DNA of 64,000 nucleotides, from the NCBI GenBank assembly GCA_027451365.1, contig DAIDJN010000041.1, forward strand, positions 89,679 through 153,678. The letters are read 5' to 3'. The stretch comes from Phycisphaerales bacterium (GTDB taxonomy: Bacteria; Planctomycetota; Phycisphaerae; WQYP01). The position numbers and the translations under genes were made by a program. Position 1 is the first letter of the stretch; each line of letters opens with the position of its first letter. Below the pieces are notes generated by a model, which was not told the DNA's origin, ran no database searches, and worked only from the letters and a program-made list of their open reading frames with translations. Below, one piece after another: positions 30,319 through 40,131 of this stretch.

Positions 30319-31499
30319 ATCCGATATTGATAAGGCAAATTAAAAATGCAATAGTGTCGATAACTACAACTGTTATGGCGTGCGCCGCGGCATTGGGGCT
30401 GGTGCTGCTGGCGCTCCGGCTGGCCGGGTACCCGCCCCTGGGCATTTTGCATCGCTGGATCATCGGGTCGGTTGGACGCATGTACTATATCAGCAATTCC
30501 CTGGCGGAAACCTGCCCGCTGCTGCTGACCGGTCTGGCCGCGGGCATCGCGTTCCGCTGCGGTGTGCTGAACATTGGTGCTCAGGGGCAGTTTCTGGTTG
30601 GCGCTATGGTCGCCACCGGTCTGGCGACGCGTTGGCGCATTGTCAGCGCGCCGTGGGCCGTCATGATGCTTGCGGTGTTCGGCGGAATCCTGGCGGGGGG
30701 GCTTTGGGCGGCGTTGGCAAGCCTGATGGACCGTCGGCGCGGTGTGCCAATTGTTCTGTCCACCATTCTGCTGAATTTCATCGCGTTATATGCGGTTCAG
30801 ACCATCCTTGACGGACCGTTGCAGGCTCATGGCACTTCCGCGCCGCAAAGTCCGGAAGTTCAGGGGGCGTTCTGGCTGCCGGTGCTGATTAAATTTTCCA
30901 GCCTGCACATTGGAATTATTTTTGCCTTTGCCCTGGCCATCCTCATGTATGTTGTCAATCGACAGACGCCTTTCGGATTCCAGACACTGGTCAGCGGCTT
31001 AAACCCACGGGCCGCCAAACGCGCCGGTATACCCGTGGAATCACGGCAGTTTATGACCATGTTTCTCAGCGGCTGTTTCGCCGGTCTGGGCGGGGCATTT
31101 CAAGTGTTGGGGGTTACGCATTTCATGACCGCCGATTTCGGCAATTACGGTTACGCCGGAATCGCCGTGGCTTTGTTGGGCCGGCTGAACCCGATCGGTA
31201 TCGCCTTTTCCGCCCTGTTTTTCGGACTGCTGGATACCGGCGCTTTGCGCGTGGAAGAAAGCTCCCTTGGCCTGCCGCACAACATCGCCAATGTGGTCAA
31301 GGGCGTGGTGGTGCTGGTAATGCTGCTGCTGATTGCATTTATGCAGCGCCGGCGGCTGGCCTCAATTGTGTCGGACAGCGGTGGCACATCGCGCGGGGCG
31401 GGAAACCTTCCGGAATCGGCGGCAGTTTCCAATGAAACCGCCACTACCTTGCCAGCCCCATTGGATTCGCCGGGGCCGTCCGCGAAAGGGGCTGACTGA
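30315..31499 (+). CDS. ABC transporter permease (Bmp-associated NupB-like)
   Basis: Multi-TM protein. 4-nt overlap with the ATPase gene. Confidence 0.75.
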   Translation: MNPILIRQIKNAIVSITTTVMACAAALGLVLLALRLAGYPPLGILHRWIIGSVGRMYYISNSLAETCPLLLTGLAAGIAFRCGVLNIGAQGQFLVGAMVATGLATRWRIVSAPWAVMMLAVFGGILAGGLWAALASLMDRRRGVPIVLSTILLNFIALYAVQTILDGPLQAHGTSAPQSPEVQGAFWLPVLIKFSSLHIGIIFAFALAILMYVVNRQTPFGFQTLVSGLNPRAAKRAGIPVESRQFMTMFLSGCFAGLGGAFQVLGVTHFMTADFGNYGYAGIAVALLGRLNPIGIAFSALFFGLLDTGALRVEESSLGLPHNIANVVKGVVVLVMLLLIAFMQRRRLASIVSDSGGTSRGAGNLPESAAVSNETATTLPAPLDSPGPSAKGAD

Positions 31500-31502
31500 C
31501 AC

Positions 31503-32495
31503 ATGAACGGATCAGCCGAAAATATCGTGACATTTCTTGCCCAGCAGATGGTGGCCGCCGCCGTGCCGCTGGTCATTGCCGGAATGGGCGAACTTATAGC
31601 CGAACTTGCGGGTGTCATTAATATTGGCATAGAAGGGTTGATGCTGATTGGCTGTATTGCCGCGTATGTGGGTGCCGGCGGCGGCAACGGAAGCGTCGGG
31701 TTGGCGGCCGGTGTGCTCGCTGGCATGGGCATGGCGGCGATATTCGCATTTGTTTCCATTTCCGGCCGGGCGGATCAGATTGTCTGCGGGGCGGCAATTA
31801 ATATTTTTGCCCTGGGTGCCAGCGGCACCGTCTGGACTGTTTACCGGCACTGGCGCGGCAGCCATGATATGTCTGTTTCACTGCCGCACGGCGCGGGCTT
31901 TGATAAATGGCCGTTGCCGTATCTGGCGCATCTGCCGTTTTTCGGCAGAGTTATTTTCGACCAGTATTCCCTTTTTTACGGCGGTGTGCTGCTGGGGTTT
32001 GCAGTCTGGTTCATGTTGCGTTTTACCCGCATGGGATTGATTATCCGTTCACTTGGTGAATCGCCGGAAGCGTGCCAGGCCGCCGGCATCCGGGTGCGTA
32101 CCTGGCGGTGGGGGGCGGTTCTGTTCGCTGGCGGCTGTGCCGGTGCCGCAGGTGCCTATTTAAGTATCATGCGAACCCATGCTTTCGCCTCAGATATGAC
32201 CGGAGGTCAGGGCTTCGTGGTGCTGGCGCTGGTCATTTTCGGCAGATGGAGCCTTGCCGGTCTGACCGTCGGATGCCTTTTCTTCGGTCTGATAAACGCC
32301 ATTCAACAAGTGCTGCAAACCGCTCGCTATACAGCCCACAACCCGCTGATTGAGTCGCTGCGGCATATTCCATTTCAACTATTTCAAATGCTGCCTTATC
32401 TGGCGGCTCTGGTGGCGCTTGCGGTTTTATCCCGCAATCGCCCGGGCCCGCAGGCTTTAGGTCAACCGTGGCCGCCAGTATCGCCGGGGGAGTAA
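31503..32495 (+). CDS. ABC transporter permease (NupC-like)
   Basis: Multi-TM protein. 3-nt gap after the previous permease. Completes the BmpA-type four-gene transporter. Confidence 0.75.
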   Translation: MNGSAENIVTFLAQQMVAAAVPLVIAGMGELIAELAGVINIGIEGLMLIGCIAAYVGAGGGNGSVGLAAGVLAGMGMAAIFAFVSISGRADQIVCGAAINIFALGASGTVWTVYRHWRGSHDMSVSLPHGAGFDKWPLPYLAHLPFFGRVIFDQYSLFYGGVLLGFAVWFMLRFTRMGLIIRSLGESPEACQAAGIRVRTWRWGAVLFAGGCAGAAGAYLSIMRTHAFASDMTGGQGFVVLALVIFGRWSLAGLTVGCLFFGLINAIQQVLQTARYTAHNPLIESLRHIPFQLFQMLPYLAALVALAVLSRNRPGPQALGQPWPPVSPGE

Positions 32496-32558
32496 TCAGC
32501 CTTCAGATTCTGAGCCTCCGCCTGGCGGCGCGGCGGCAAACGATCGGCCCTGCTGGCG

Positions 32559-33683
32559 TTAGCGTACTTTCCTGCGATTGGCGGTCAGCAGTGCGAGTGC
32601 CAGACCGGCCGTTCCGGTAAACAAAAGCGGCAGCGATCCGGGCAGCGGTGCCGCGTCCCCGGCTGGAATCGGTGTCAGCAGAAATCCAAACCCCGATGAA
32701 TCCGGACCTGAATTGCCGAATCCCACAATATCCCCATTGTTGTTGATCGCGTTGGCTTGCACCAGCGAGTCGCCTGAAGGCAGACCCGATACCAGCGAAT
32801 TTAAATTGGAAAGTACGCCATTTGAGTAAACAAAAGCAATCGGCAATGTACCGCTGATTGGTCCCGCACCGGCGTAGCCCACAATCGTGCCGCTGTTGTT
32901 AATGGCCGTGGCGACGCTCATCGCATAGGCCTGGGAACTGTCCAGGGAGGTTATGGTTCCGTTGGCGTCACTTATGGCATGCGCGTATCCATTTGAATCG
33001 GTGTAATCCCCTACAATAACACCGGAATCGTTGATGGCGTTGGCATAGCCGCTGACGCCGCCAAACGTTCCCAGGTCTATCAGGCCACCAGAAGATGTAT
33101 AACTGAATGCATGGGTTGCGTTTGAATTTGAAACGGAGGTATAACCCACAATCGTCCCGCCAATGTTAATTGCCCTGGCCGAGCTGTTTGCAGTGTCAAT
33201 AATGATAGGACTCGTTCCCGGCGTGGCGGAAAAAATCGCCGCGTTATAGCCGCCGGTGGAATTTCCCGTGGTGCCGACGATTTCCCCGCCGGAATTAATG
33301 GCTGCCGCTTCGCTGTTGTATGTACCGGTGCCCAAAAATGTGGTCGTGGATGGAGTAAAAATAGCTGCCTGCGCCAAGGTTCCATTCGAGGCCTGACCCA
33401 CCACTGTGCCACCGCTGTTAATGCCGTCGGCCGAGCTGAAGCCAACCGAATTATTCGCCCCGATATTTATTGTGGTGCCGCCGTTGTAACTGAACGCAGC
33501 ATCATTTGAACCCACCACTGTGCCGGAATCGTTAATGCCATTTGCGCTGGAGGAATTGGGAATAATAGTAAGGCTGTATTGCGCGGCATGGGCGGTTGAA
33601 GACATGTTAAGGCCAATGGTCATCGCGCCAAGAAAGGCCGCCGAGGCGGTAATATGTGCAAGCCGACGGGAATGAATTTTCAT
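32559..33683 (-). CDS. HAF-repeat extracellular protein with PEP-CTERM tail
   Basis: Signal peptide. At least 8 HAF-type repeats (INDSGTVVGS / INSGGTVVGQ / INIGGTIVGY / INNSGTIVGY ...). C-terminus 'PLPGSLPLLFTGTAGLALALLTANRRKVR'. Confidence 0.75.
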   Translation of the reverse strand: MKIHSRRLAHITASAAFLGAMTIGLNMSSTAHAAQYSLTIIPNSSSANGINDSGTVVGSNDAAFSYNGGTTINIGANNSVGFSSADGINSGGTVVGQASNGTLAQAAIFTPSTTTFLGTGTYNSEAAAINSGGEIVGTTGNSTGGYNAAIFSATPGTSPIIIDTANSSARAINIGGTIVGYTSVSNSNATHAFSYTSSGGLIDLGTFGGVSGYANAINDSGVIVGDYTDSNGYAHAISDANGTITSLDSSQAYAMSVATAINNSGTIVGYAGAGPISGTLPIAFVYSNGVLSNLNSLVSGLPSGDSLVQANAINNNGDIVGFGNSGPDSSGFGFLLTPIPAGDAAPLPGSLPLLFTGTAGLALALLTANRRKVR

Positions 33684-34065
33684 GAGGTGCTCTCCATAAG
33701 GGCGCGGCTCAGGCCGGAAAGTTATCCGCCGCGCAATTGCCGTAATAAATGGGAGAGCTACTCACTCAAAATCTCTCCCGATCCGCAGTGAACGGATCAT
33801 AATGGAAAAAAAATGATTTACAAGAAAAATATCAGGATATGCAGCGTCTGATAATCCATCGCGCTATTTGTTGCCAGCCGGGCTTCGTCGACATGGCGAA
33901 TGGCGATGGTTGCTTTTCGCATATCCAGTTTTTACTTTTTGTCGGCGACAGTTGTTCAGGATTCAGGCCCTGATCGCGTCTGATATATAAGGATCGGATA
34001 TTTGAAAAAGCCACGTTCCAATGCGGAATATAGGTATAATATATATATATATGGTTATGTGAATG

Positions 34066-35004
34066 TTAACCTGGCGGACGCCAGCCGTCGGTTTTAAGTC
34101 GATCCACCACATCACGGGCGACCCAGCTCATGGCGTCCATGGCACCTTGCGTGCGCGCGGCCAGATGGGGGGCCAGAATCAGGTTCTTGACACCCCAAAG
34201 CGGATATTCCGCCGGTGGGGGTTCGGGCTCGTGCACATCCAAAGCCGCGCCGGCCAGACGACCGCCTTGCAGGGCGACTGCCAGTGCCGCCGCGTCAATG
34301 ACTTCCCCACGGGAAGTGTTAATTAAATATGCGGTCTGACGCATGCGCTCAAGGGCGGCGGCGGAAATTAAATTCCGGTTGCCTTCCACATGGCTGACGT
34401 GCACCGTCAGGATATCCGATTCCGCGTAAAGCTCGGGTTTGGTTACGCTTCGGGCGGGAAAATCCACATGTGCCGCCACGTCCAGAAGGTCGTTGTAAAT
34501 GACCCTCATGCCGAACGCGTAGGCCACCCGCCCCACCGCCCGGCCGATTCGCCCCATGCCCAGAATGCCCATGGTTTTGCCGTGCAGTTCCAGCCCGCGT
34601 ATGGTTTTCCGGTAGGCGTGAAACGCCTCGGCGGAAATCGAATCCGGAACGTGCACCAGCGGCCGCCCCAAATGAAATATCATATTAAATACATATTCAC
34701 ATACTGCGTGCATGTTGGCGCCCGGAGTGGAAATAACCGCGACGCCCCGGCGGGCGCAGGCGGCTTGATCAATATTTTCCAGGCCCACGCCGGCCCGTCC
34801 GACCACGCGGAGTTTGGGGGCCGCGGAAAGCAGCTCATCGTTTACCTGGGTGTAGGTACGCACAATCAGGCCATCGGCCAACGCCAGGTCCTTGCGCAAC
34901 TGTTGTGGATTTTTCCAGCTTGATTCAATGACGTCCACCTGGCCTTTCAGCCAGGCGAAGGGAATTGCTTCGAGTCCTTCCGTTACAACCACACAGAATG
35001 CCAT
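34066..35004 (-). CDS. D-isomer-specific 2-hydroxyacid dehydrogenase (phosphoglycerate dehydrogenase-like), NAD-binding
   Basis: 'GKTMGILGMGRIGRAVGRVAYAFGMRVIYND' Rossmann GxGxxG. 'VGRAGVGLENID' catalytic-domain block. Confidence 0.8.
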   Translation of the reverse strand: MAFCVVVTEGLEAIPFAWLKGQVDVIESSWKNPQQLRKDLALADGLIVRTYTQVNDELLSAAPKLRVVGRAGVGLENIDQAACARRGVAVISTPGANMHAVCEYVFNMIFHLGRPLVHVPDSISAEAFHAYRKTIRGLELHGKTMGILGMGRIGRAVGRVAYAFGMRVIYNDLLDVAAHVDFPARSVTKPELYAESDILTVHVSHVEGNRNLISAAALERMRQTAYLINTSRGEVIDAAALAVALQGGRLAGAALDVHEPEPPPAEYPLWGVKNLILAPHLAARTQGAMDAMSWVARDVVDRLKTDGWRPPG

Positions 35005-35070
35005 AAGAATAATGCCTTCATGCTTATCGGTTACAAATGTTAGATTCCGAATATTGCGGACAAAAGCCAG

Positions 35071-36246
35071 TTATGGAGAGGCGTTGTCCGGGGCACGCAT
35101 GTCATCCGGGTTCAGACCCACGCCGCGGCACCATTCCTGGTAGGCCGCGGGGGCAATTTCGCTGGGTTTTATTTCGCTTCGCCCGCCCCAGAACACATTG
35201 GTGTATGCGATTGGAATGCCCGTGGATTCAAGGTGCCGGTCAATGGCCGCCTTGTGGGCCAGGATAAGGTTTTTGTCTTTGCCATGGGCGACTCCCATGA
35301 CGTTGACATTTCCGAATTCCGGTCCGCCTTCACGCCAGTAGGCATGTGTCATTATATGGAAACGTCCCACTTCGCATCCAGCTTCAATTTCCCGTCCGGC
35401 GGGAACCGCCCAGTGAAACAGAGCGTTGTATTGCGTGACCTTGTCGCCGGTGGGAAGCGTTTTGACATGTTCCAGAAATGTGGAAAAGCGGCCAATCACG
35501 CCGAGCGTATGGAGGTCGGCCGCGACTTGAAAAAAATGATCCAATGACATGCCGATTTCAGCGGCGCGCGGCAGCCAGATATTTTGACAAATTTCAGCCG
35601 GCGCAAATTCACGCTTCAATGCCACCAGCACCTGCCATTGTTCATCGGTCAATGTGACCACCGTCGTGGGGATGGCTTCGGCCGGAACGTCCGCTTTGCT
35701 GCCGGGTTCAAGCCCGCGCCGGCGGACATGGCCCACGCCCAGCGCGAACAGCCGTTTGGCCGGCATTAACTTGAAGGAAACCGCGCCGATTCGCTGCTGC
35801 AGGTAACGGCAATGCTTTTCCAGTGAATATCCCTGCGGAACCTTCAGTGTTGTCCAGAGCCGGTATTTTGATCCTGTGGTCTGGCCATCGGTACTGCGAA
35901 TGACCACATGACCGGAAAACGGGTCCTGTTGAAAAAGGTAATCAAAAGCCGCGTTGAGTTTTTCCGCCGGCACTTCCCACGCCACCAGGCAGCCTTCCGC
36001 AAGGCTGGTGGCCAGCAGCGTCTGTCGCACGCGGCGCACCACGCCGCCGCGCAGCATGGCGGTAATGCGCTCGATAACCGTATTGGTTTCCAACCCAGCC
36101 ATGTTGGCGATTGCGCTGATCGGGTCGGTTTGAAAGCCCTGGATTTTGTCCTCTGAAACGGCAAGGATTCGGGCATTGATCGCATCGTGAATGTCGATGG
36201 GAATCTGCGCCTCAGAGGCCGGCGATGGAATGGTTGAACTGGTCAT
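35071..36246 (-). CDS. Candidate siroheme decarboxylase (fused AhbA/AhbB or NirD/NirL-like; tandem Lrp/AsnC-like halves), tentative
   Basis: Two AsnC-type HTH-like halves ('DAINARILAVSEDKIQ...VIERITAMLRGGVVRRV' and 'LTDEQWQVLVALKREF...'). 'YRLWTTL' resembles the NirD/AhbA 'NLWF(V/T)L' block. Start trimmed to the ATG at 36246 to avoid overlap with the next gene. Confidence 0.35.
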   Translation of the reverse strand: MTSSTIPSPASEAQIPIDIHDAINARILAVSEDKIQGFQTDPISAIANMAGLETNTVIERITAMLRGGVVRRVRQTLLATSLAEGCLVAWEVPAEKLNAAFDYLFQQDPFSGHVVIRSTDGQTTGSKYRLWTTLKVPQGYSLEKHCRYLQQRIGAVSFKLMPAKRLFALGVGHVRRRGLEPGSKADVPAEAIPTTVVTLTDEQWQVLVALKREFAPAEICQNIWLPRAAEIGMSLDHFFQVAADLHTLGVIGRFSTFLEHVKTLPTGDKVTQYNALFHWAVPAGREIEAGCEVGRFHIMTHAYWREGGPEFGNVNVMGVAHGKDKNLILAHKAAIDRHLESTGIPIAYTNVFWGGRSEIKPSEIAPAAYQEWCRGVGLNPDDMRAPDNASP

Positions 36247-36292
36247 GGAAGCACCCAAAAAATACCGGCGGCGCGATTGCCGCCATTCTACC

Positions 36293-36835
36293 TTAATAAT
36301 TGGAACCATCATGACGAATATGCACCACGGGGCGGGCGTTGTCGTCATCACACAGGCCGCCCTGTATGGCGGTGCCGATTATCAGCTCATGGTCGGTTTT
36401 GAAATTCACACGCTGGTGCATGTCGCACCATATCCAGGCGCAGGCTTCGGTCAAAATCATTCCGCCGTTGTCCAGTCGGCGCGTTTTAACACCTTCAAAC
36501 GCGGAATCACCGGTCAGGCGCTGTCGGGCATATTTTCGCATCAGGCTTTTATCCCCGGCATGACAGACGTTTAACGCGAATCCACCTGTGTGTTGAATAA
36601 CATCCGCAATTTCGCGATCGCGGTGAATGGCGACCCCAATACAGATCGGCTCGCGGCTGAGCTGCTGAACGAATGAAACCAGCATGGCCGAGGCGTCGGG
36701 TCCGTGGCCGGTGGTGAGAATAAAAATACCACTGGGAATTTTACCAACCGCTCGGAAAAGCGGCAAAATAGGTTCAACGGTGCTGTCAATAATCACTGAA
36801 TACTCCAAAACAGTTCCGCCGCAACAGGCTTCCAA
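36293..36835 (-). CDS. Flavin reductase-like (FMN-binding split-barrel, HpaC/NtaB family) protein
   Basis: 'IFILTTGHGPDASAMLVSFVQQLSREPICIGVAIH' matches the flavin reductase domain pattern. Confidence 0.55.
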   Translation of the reverse strand: MEACCGGTVLEYSVIIDSTVEPILPLFRAVGKIPSGIFILTTGHGPDASAMLVSFVQQLSREPICIGVAIHRDREIADVIQHTGGFALNVCHAGDKSLMRKYARQRLTGDSAFEGVKTRRLDNGGMILTEACAWIWCDMHQRVNFKTDHELIIGTAIQGGLCDDDNARPVVHIRHDGSNY

Positions 36836-36942
36836 TCCTTATTATAGGGAAATGGGGAATACAGGCCAGCGAAAGCCTGCGGCGCTGTCACGTCCTGATA
36901 TAGGTTGTCACTGTTGGCAATGGAAATATCAGGAATTATGGT

Positions 36943-37245
36943 ATGCGTGGACGGGTAATAAAGCGGTTTAGTGAGTATTTCAAACTGGGTGTGGTGGAGG
37001 AGTTTGAGCAGGGAAGATCCGGGTCGATTACGGAGGCGCGACTGCACCACGGGATTACGGGCGGAACGACGATTCAGACCTGGTTAAAAAAATATGGAAG
37101 GAATCATTAGATGGCGAAGGTGGTACGAGTGGAAAAGCCAGGCGAACAAGATCGGATACAGGAGTACAAAAAGCGTATAGCGCAGTTGGAGCGGGCGTTG
37201 GGGACACCGCCGGCGGAGAATGTGTTGAAGCCGCGGCGTTTTTAG
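36943..37245 (+). mobile_element. IS3-family transposase OrfA remnant (HTH plus leucine-zipper part) interrupted by an in-frame TAG; no OrfB/DDE, no inverted repeats. Pseudogene.
   Basis: Translation 'MRGRVIKRFSEYFKLGVVEEFEQGRSGSITEARLHHGITGGTTIQTWLKKYGRNH*MAKVVRVEKPGEQDRIQEYKKRIAQLERALG...' resembles IS3/IS150 OrfA (..FKLQVV..Y..G.S..EVA...GI....I..W.KKY ...). Both parts are in the same frame, split by TAG at 37108-37110. Confidence 0.5.
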
Positions 37246-37910
37246 ATGATGTTAATCGCCCGACTGGCCACCAGCGCCACAAGTCCCAATGAAATCATTG
37301 ATTGGAGCATAATTAGTACTTTTGCCCAGCGCGAAAGTATGGCGGTGTCGGTGGGTGAAAATGCCGTGCTGGTGTTGAACGCCAGAAATAAATAATCTAA
37401 AAACCGCGGCGACCAGGCCTGTCTTTTGGCGGTAGGCAGCAGCATTTGCGGAAACAGAAAGCAGCCTTCATCATGACTGCCGCGGAGGGACCGCGCGTGC
37501 GGACCCCCGGCATCCAGCCGCCAGTACCAGAGTGCGAAAACCACGATATTCGTCGCCCAGAGTATCGCCGCCGACGCCAGCATAACGCCCGCGGATTGCG
37601 AATGTTTGGGAATTGAATACACCAATACCGCCAGTGCGGATGCCACAAACGCCGTTAAGACGCCGGTTACAAAATGACCGACGATATGTGTGGGTCCGTA
37701 CAACTGGCGGTAGTATAAAACGATCCATAACACCAGAAGCGGCATTAAAATAGTCGGCAACAGCCATTTGGCACCCAGCAGGAGGTTCGGCGGCAGCAGC
37801 ATGTAAATGCCACATGCAAAAAGTGTCGCACTTACCGGCACCCATAACGGTTCAGGACGCGGAAAAGTCGCACCGGATCGGTTCGAGGAATTGGTTGTGG
37901 CATCTACCAT
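37242..37910 (-). CDS. Integral membrane protein (about 5 TM), function unknown
   Basis: Hydrophobic helices (LFACGIYMLLPPNLLLG, LMPLLVLWIVLYY, VTGVLTAFVASALAVLVY, AAILWATNIVVFALWYW, ISLGLVALVASRAINII). Confidence 0.5.
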   Translation of the reverse strand: MVDATTNSSNRSGATFPRPEPLWVPVSATLFACGIYMLLPPNLLLGAKWLLPTILMPLLVLWIVLYYRQLYGPTHIVGHFVTGVLTAFVASALAVLVYSIPKHSQSAGVMLASAAILWATNIVVFALWYWRLDAGGPHARSLRGSHDEGCFLFPQMLLPTAKRQAWSPRFLDYLFLAFNTSTAFSPTDTAILSRWAKVLIMLQSMISLGLVALVASRAINII

Positions 37911-37985
37911 GTCTGTTTCCCGTTTTCCTATGACACGCGGTCCGGTCTGTCCGGCGAAGATATTTTGCCCACTCCATACGCGCGT

Positions 37986-39707
37986 TCATCGCCGGGCAAA
38001 CCGGCCAATGACAGGAGCCTGCCGCAGTTCTTCCATATTCAGCATACGGGCAGTTACGGCGAACACAAGTACTGCGGCCAGCAGCACCAGCGGCAGCCGC
38101 ACGGCGACCGCCGGCAGGCTGTAAACCGGTCCAAGCAGGGTGATACCGCCAACGGCAAAATTCATGAGCAGCGCCGCGGCGGCCATGGCGGCTGTTACCA
38201 CCAGCGTTTTGAAAATATGGGTCGACAACTGTTTTAGTCCAAGCAGGCCGACGCGCCGGCGCAGCAACTGTAAAAGAATGAGGCATTGAATCGCCGCCGA
38301 TATGCTGGTGCTTGCGGCAATTCCCCCTTCCTGCATCGGCCAGATCAAAATAAGATTCAGGGTCACGTTCAACGCGACCATGGCGGCGGCAATTTTCATG
38401 GGGGTTATCGCGTCGTCCAGGGCGTAAAAAACCCGCACCAGAATCATCTGAAGTTCAAAGGCCCATATCCCGGCACAAAACCAGCGTGCCGCCCAGACGG
38501 CACGGACCACATCGGCCGCGTTCACACGGCCGCCAAGGTAAATGGCGCAGATCAGCATATGGCAGATGATAATCATGCCGACTGCCGCGGGCAGGCTCAA
38601 AAAAAGGCTTTTGGCGATGGCCGCGCGGGTCAGGCGTTTAATTTCCGGCATATCGTTGGCCACCGCGGCCCGCGAAAGCTGCGGAAAAACCGCAGTGGCC
38701 GTGGCCACGCCGAAAATGCCCACCGGCAATAAATAAATGCGCTGCGCTACTGAAAGCTTGCCCAGCGCTCCGGCCAGCATGGGAGTTGCTATCAAATGAC
38801 CGAGTAGATGAAAATGCGGCACACCACCATGACCATCCGGCGAAAGCCACCAAGCTATCTGAGAATCCAGAAAAGTGTTTAGCTGCACTGCGGAAAGGCC
38901 CAGCACCATCGGCATCATGCGGCGGGTAATCAGCCGCACCGCCGGGCCGACAATTTCCGCGTGGACCGCATGTGTGGCATTTCGCATGCCGTTCAGATGC
39001 ACGCCCGCGCGCCGCACATTCAACAGCATAATCGCCAATTGCACGATGCCGGACGCCAGAACCGCCCCAGCAACCCATACAATTCGGCAGTCCAGCGGAT
39101 AATGGCGCGTCCAGATCGCGACCGGAATTGCCGCCGCCAGAATCATGGCACCATTGGCCACAATTGGCATCAGTGACTGTGCGGCGAATCGTTCATGGGC
39201 CGCTGCCATCGCGCTAAGCAACGCCACCAGGCAGATCGCAATGCAATAGGGGAGCATAATGGCCACCATAGCCGCCGCCAGGCGATTGTTTGCCAGCACT
39301 GCATGGGACAGGGCAATGGGGATGGCCACGGCCTCACCAGCGACGACAAGCACCAGCAGCACCAGCGAAAGAATTGCCAGCACCCGACTGGCCAGCGCAT
39401 TGGCCGCATCGGGGCCGGATTCGGCACGTACCCGCGTGTAAACGGGTAGAAATATGGCGGTCAGCGCGCCTTCGCCAAAAATTCGGCGGAACAGATTGGG
39501 AAACTGAAAACCTATCCAGAACGCGGACCAGGTGGTTCCGACGCCCAGGAAATAGCTGCAGGCTTTGTCGCGGGCCAGGCCCGACAACCGTGACAAAAAT
39601 GTCAACTTGGACATTAGATTGGCATGGCGCACGAACCGTTCGGCACCCTGCCGGGGAGGCGTGGGTGCTGGATTCTCGGGCATATTTTCAATCTGCTTGT
39701 CCGCCAT
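37986..39707 (-). CDS. murJ: Lipid II flippase MurJ (MviN)
   Basis: 'FLSRLSGLARDKACSYFLGVGTTWSAFWIGFQFPNLFRRIFGEGALTAIFLPVY' matches the conserved MurJ N-terminal block. About 14 TM segments. The true start may be the internal Met at about 39614. Confidence 0.8.
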   Translation of the reverse strand: MADKQIENMPENPAPTPPRQGAERFVRHANLMSKLTFLSRLSGLARDKACSYFLGVGTTWSAFWIGFQFPNLFRRIFGEGALTAIFLPVYTRVRAESGPDAANALASRVLAILSLVLLVLVVAGEAVAIPIALSHAVLANNRLAAAMVAIMLPYCIAICLVALLSAMAAAHERFAAQSLMPIVANGAMILAAAIPVAIWTRHYPLDCRIVWVAGAVLASGIVQLAIMLLNVRRAGVHLNGMRNATHAVHAEIVGPAVRLITRRMMPMVLGLSAVQLNTFLDSQIAWWLSPDGHGGVPHFHLLGHLIATPMLAGALGKLSVAQRIYLLPVGIFGVATATAVFPQLSRAAVANDMPEIKRLTRAAIAKSLFLSLPAAVGMIIICHMLICAIYLGGRVNAADVVRAVWAARWFCAGIWAFELQMILVRVFYALDDAITPMKIAAAMVALNVTLNLILIWPMQEGGIAASTSISAAIQCLILLQLLRRRVGLLGLKQLSTHIFKTLVVTAAMAAAALLMNFAVGGITLLGPVYSLPAVAVRLPLVLLAAVLVFAVTARMLNMEELRQAPVIGRFARR

Positions 39708-40131
39708 GGGCCGGATATCCTTAACCCAAATCAGGGGAAATCCAATTCGTTAATGGGAATCATAATTGCAGGCCGGCTGCAGGCCAAACCGGGTCAAATG
39801 TGCCAGCGCCTTCTGGCGCCCGCAAATGGGGATTGATTGGCCTGCTTGCGGGTCGGCCTTACCGGCGGGGGGGCATGCAGGCTTTGGCGATCGTCGTCAA
39901 TGCAGGCTCTCCAGCTGTGCTTGCCACAGCCGTTGGCTGGTAGGGTACTGTCCGCCAAGGCGGGCTGCCGTCTGTTGCACCGTTTGGTGGGGGCCTGTGG
40001 CATGATTGACGCATTCATGGACGGCAACTAGCATACGTTGACGGAAAAAGGGAGGGGCCTGGGCCGGATTTACAGGCCCGCTCCGTCGCGGATTTTGGCG
40101 ATTTTTAAACTGGTATTTAACTGGAATCAGC

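Noticed and set aside
34039-34052. (AT)7 dinucleotide microsatellite as a phase-variation switch for the HAF/PEP-CTERM surface protein
   Set aside because: It lies about 355 bp upstream of the HAF start, too far from any recognisable -35/-10 spacer. Only 7 repeats. Kept as a possible slippage site but not called regulatory.
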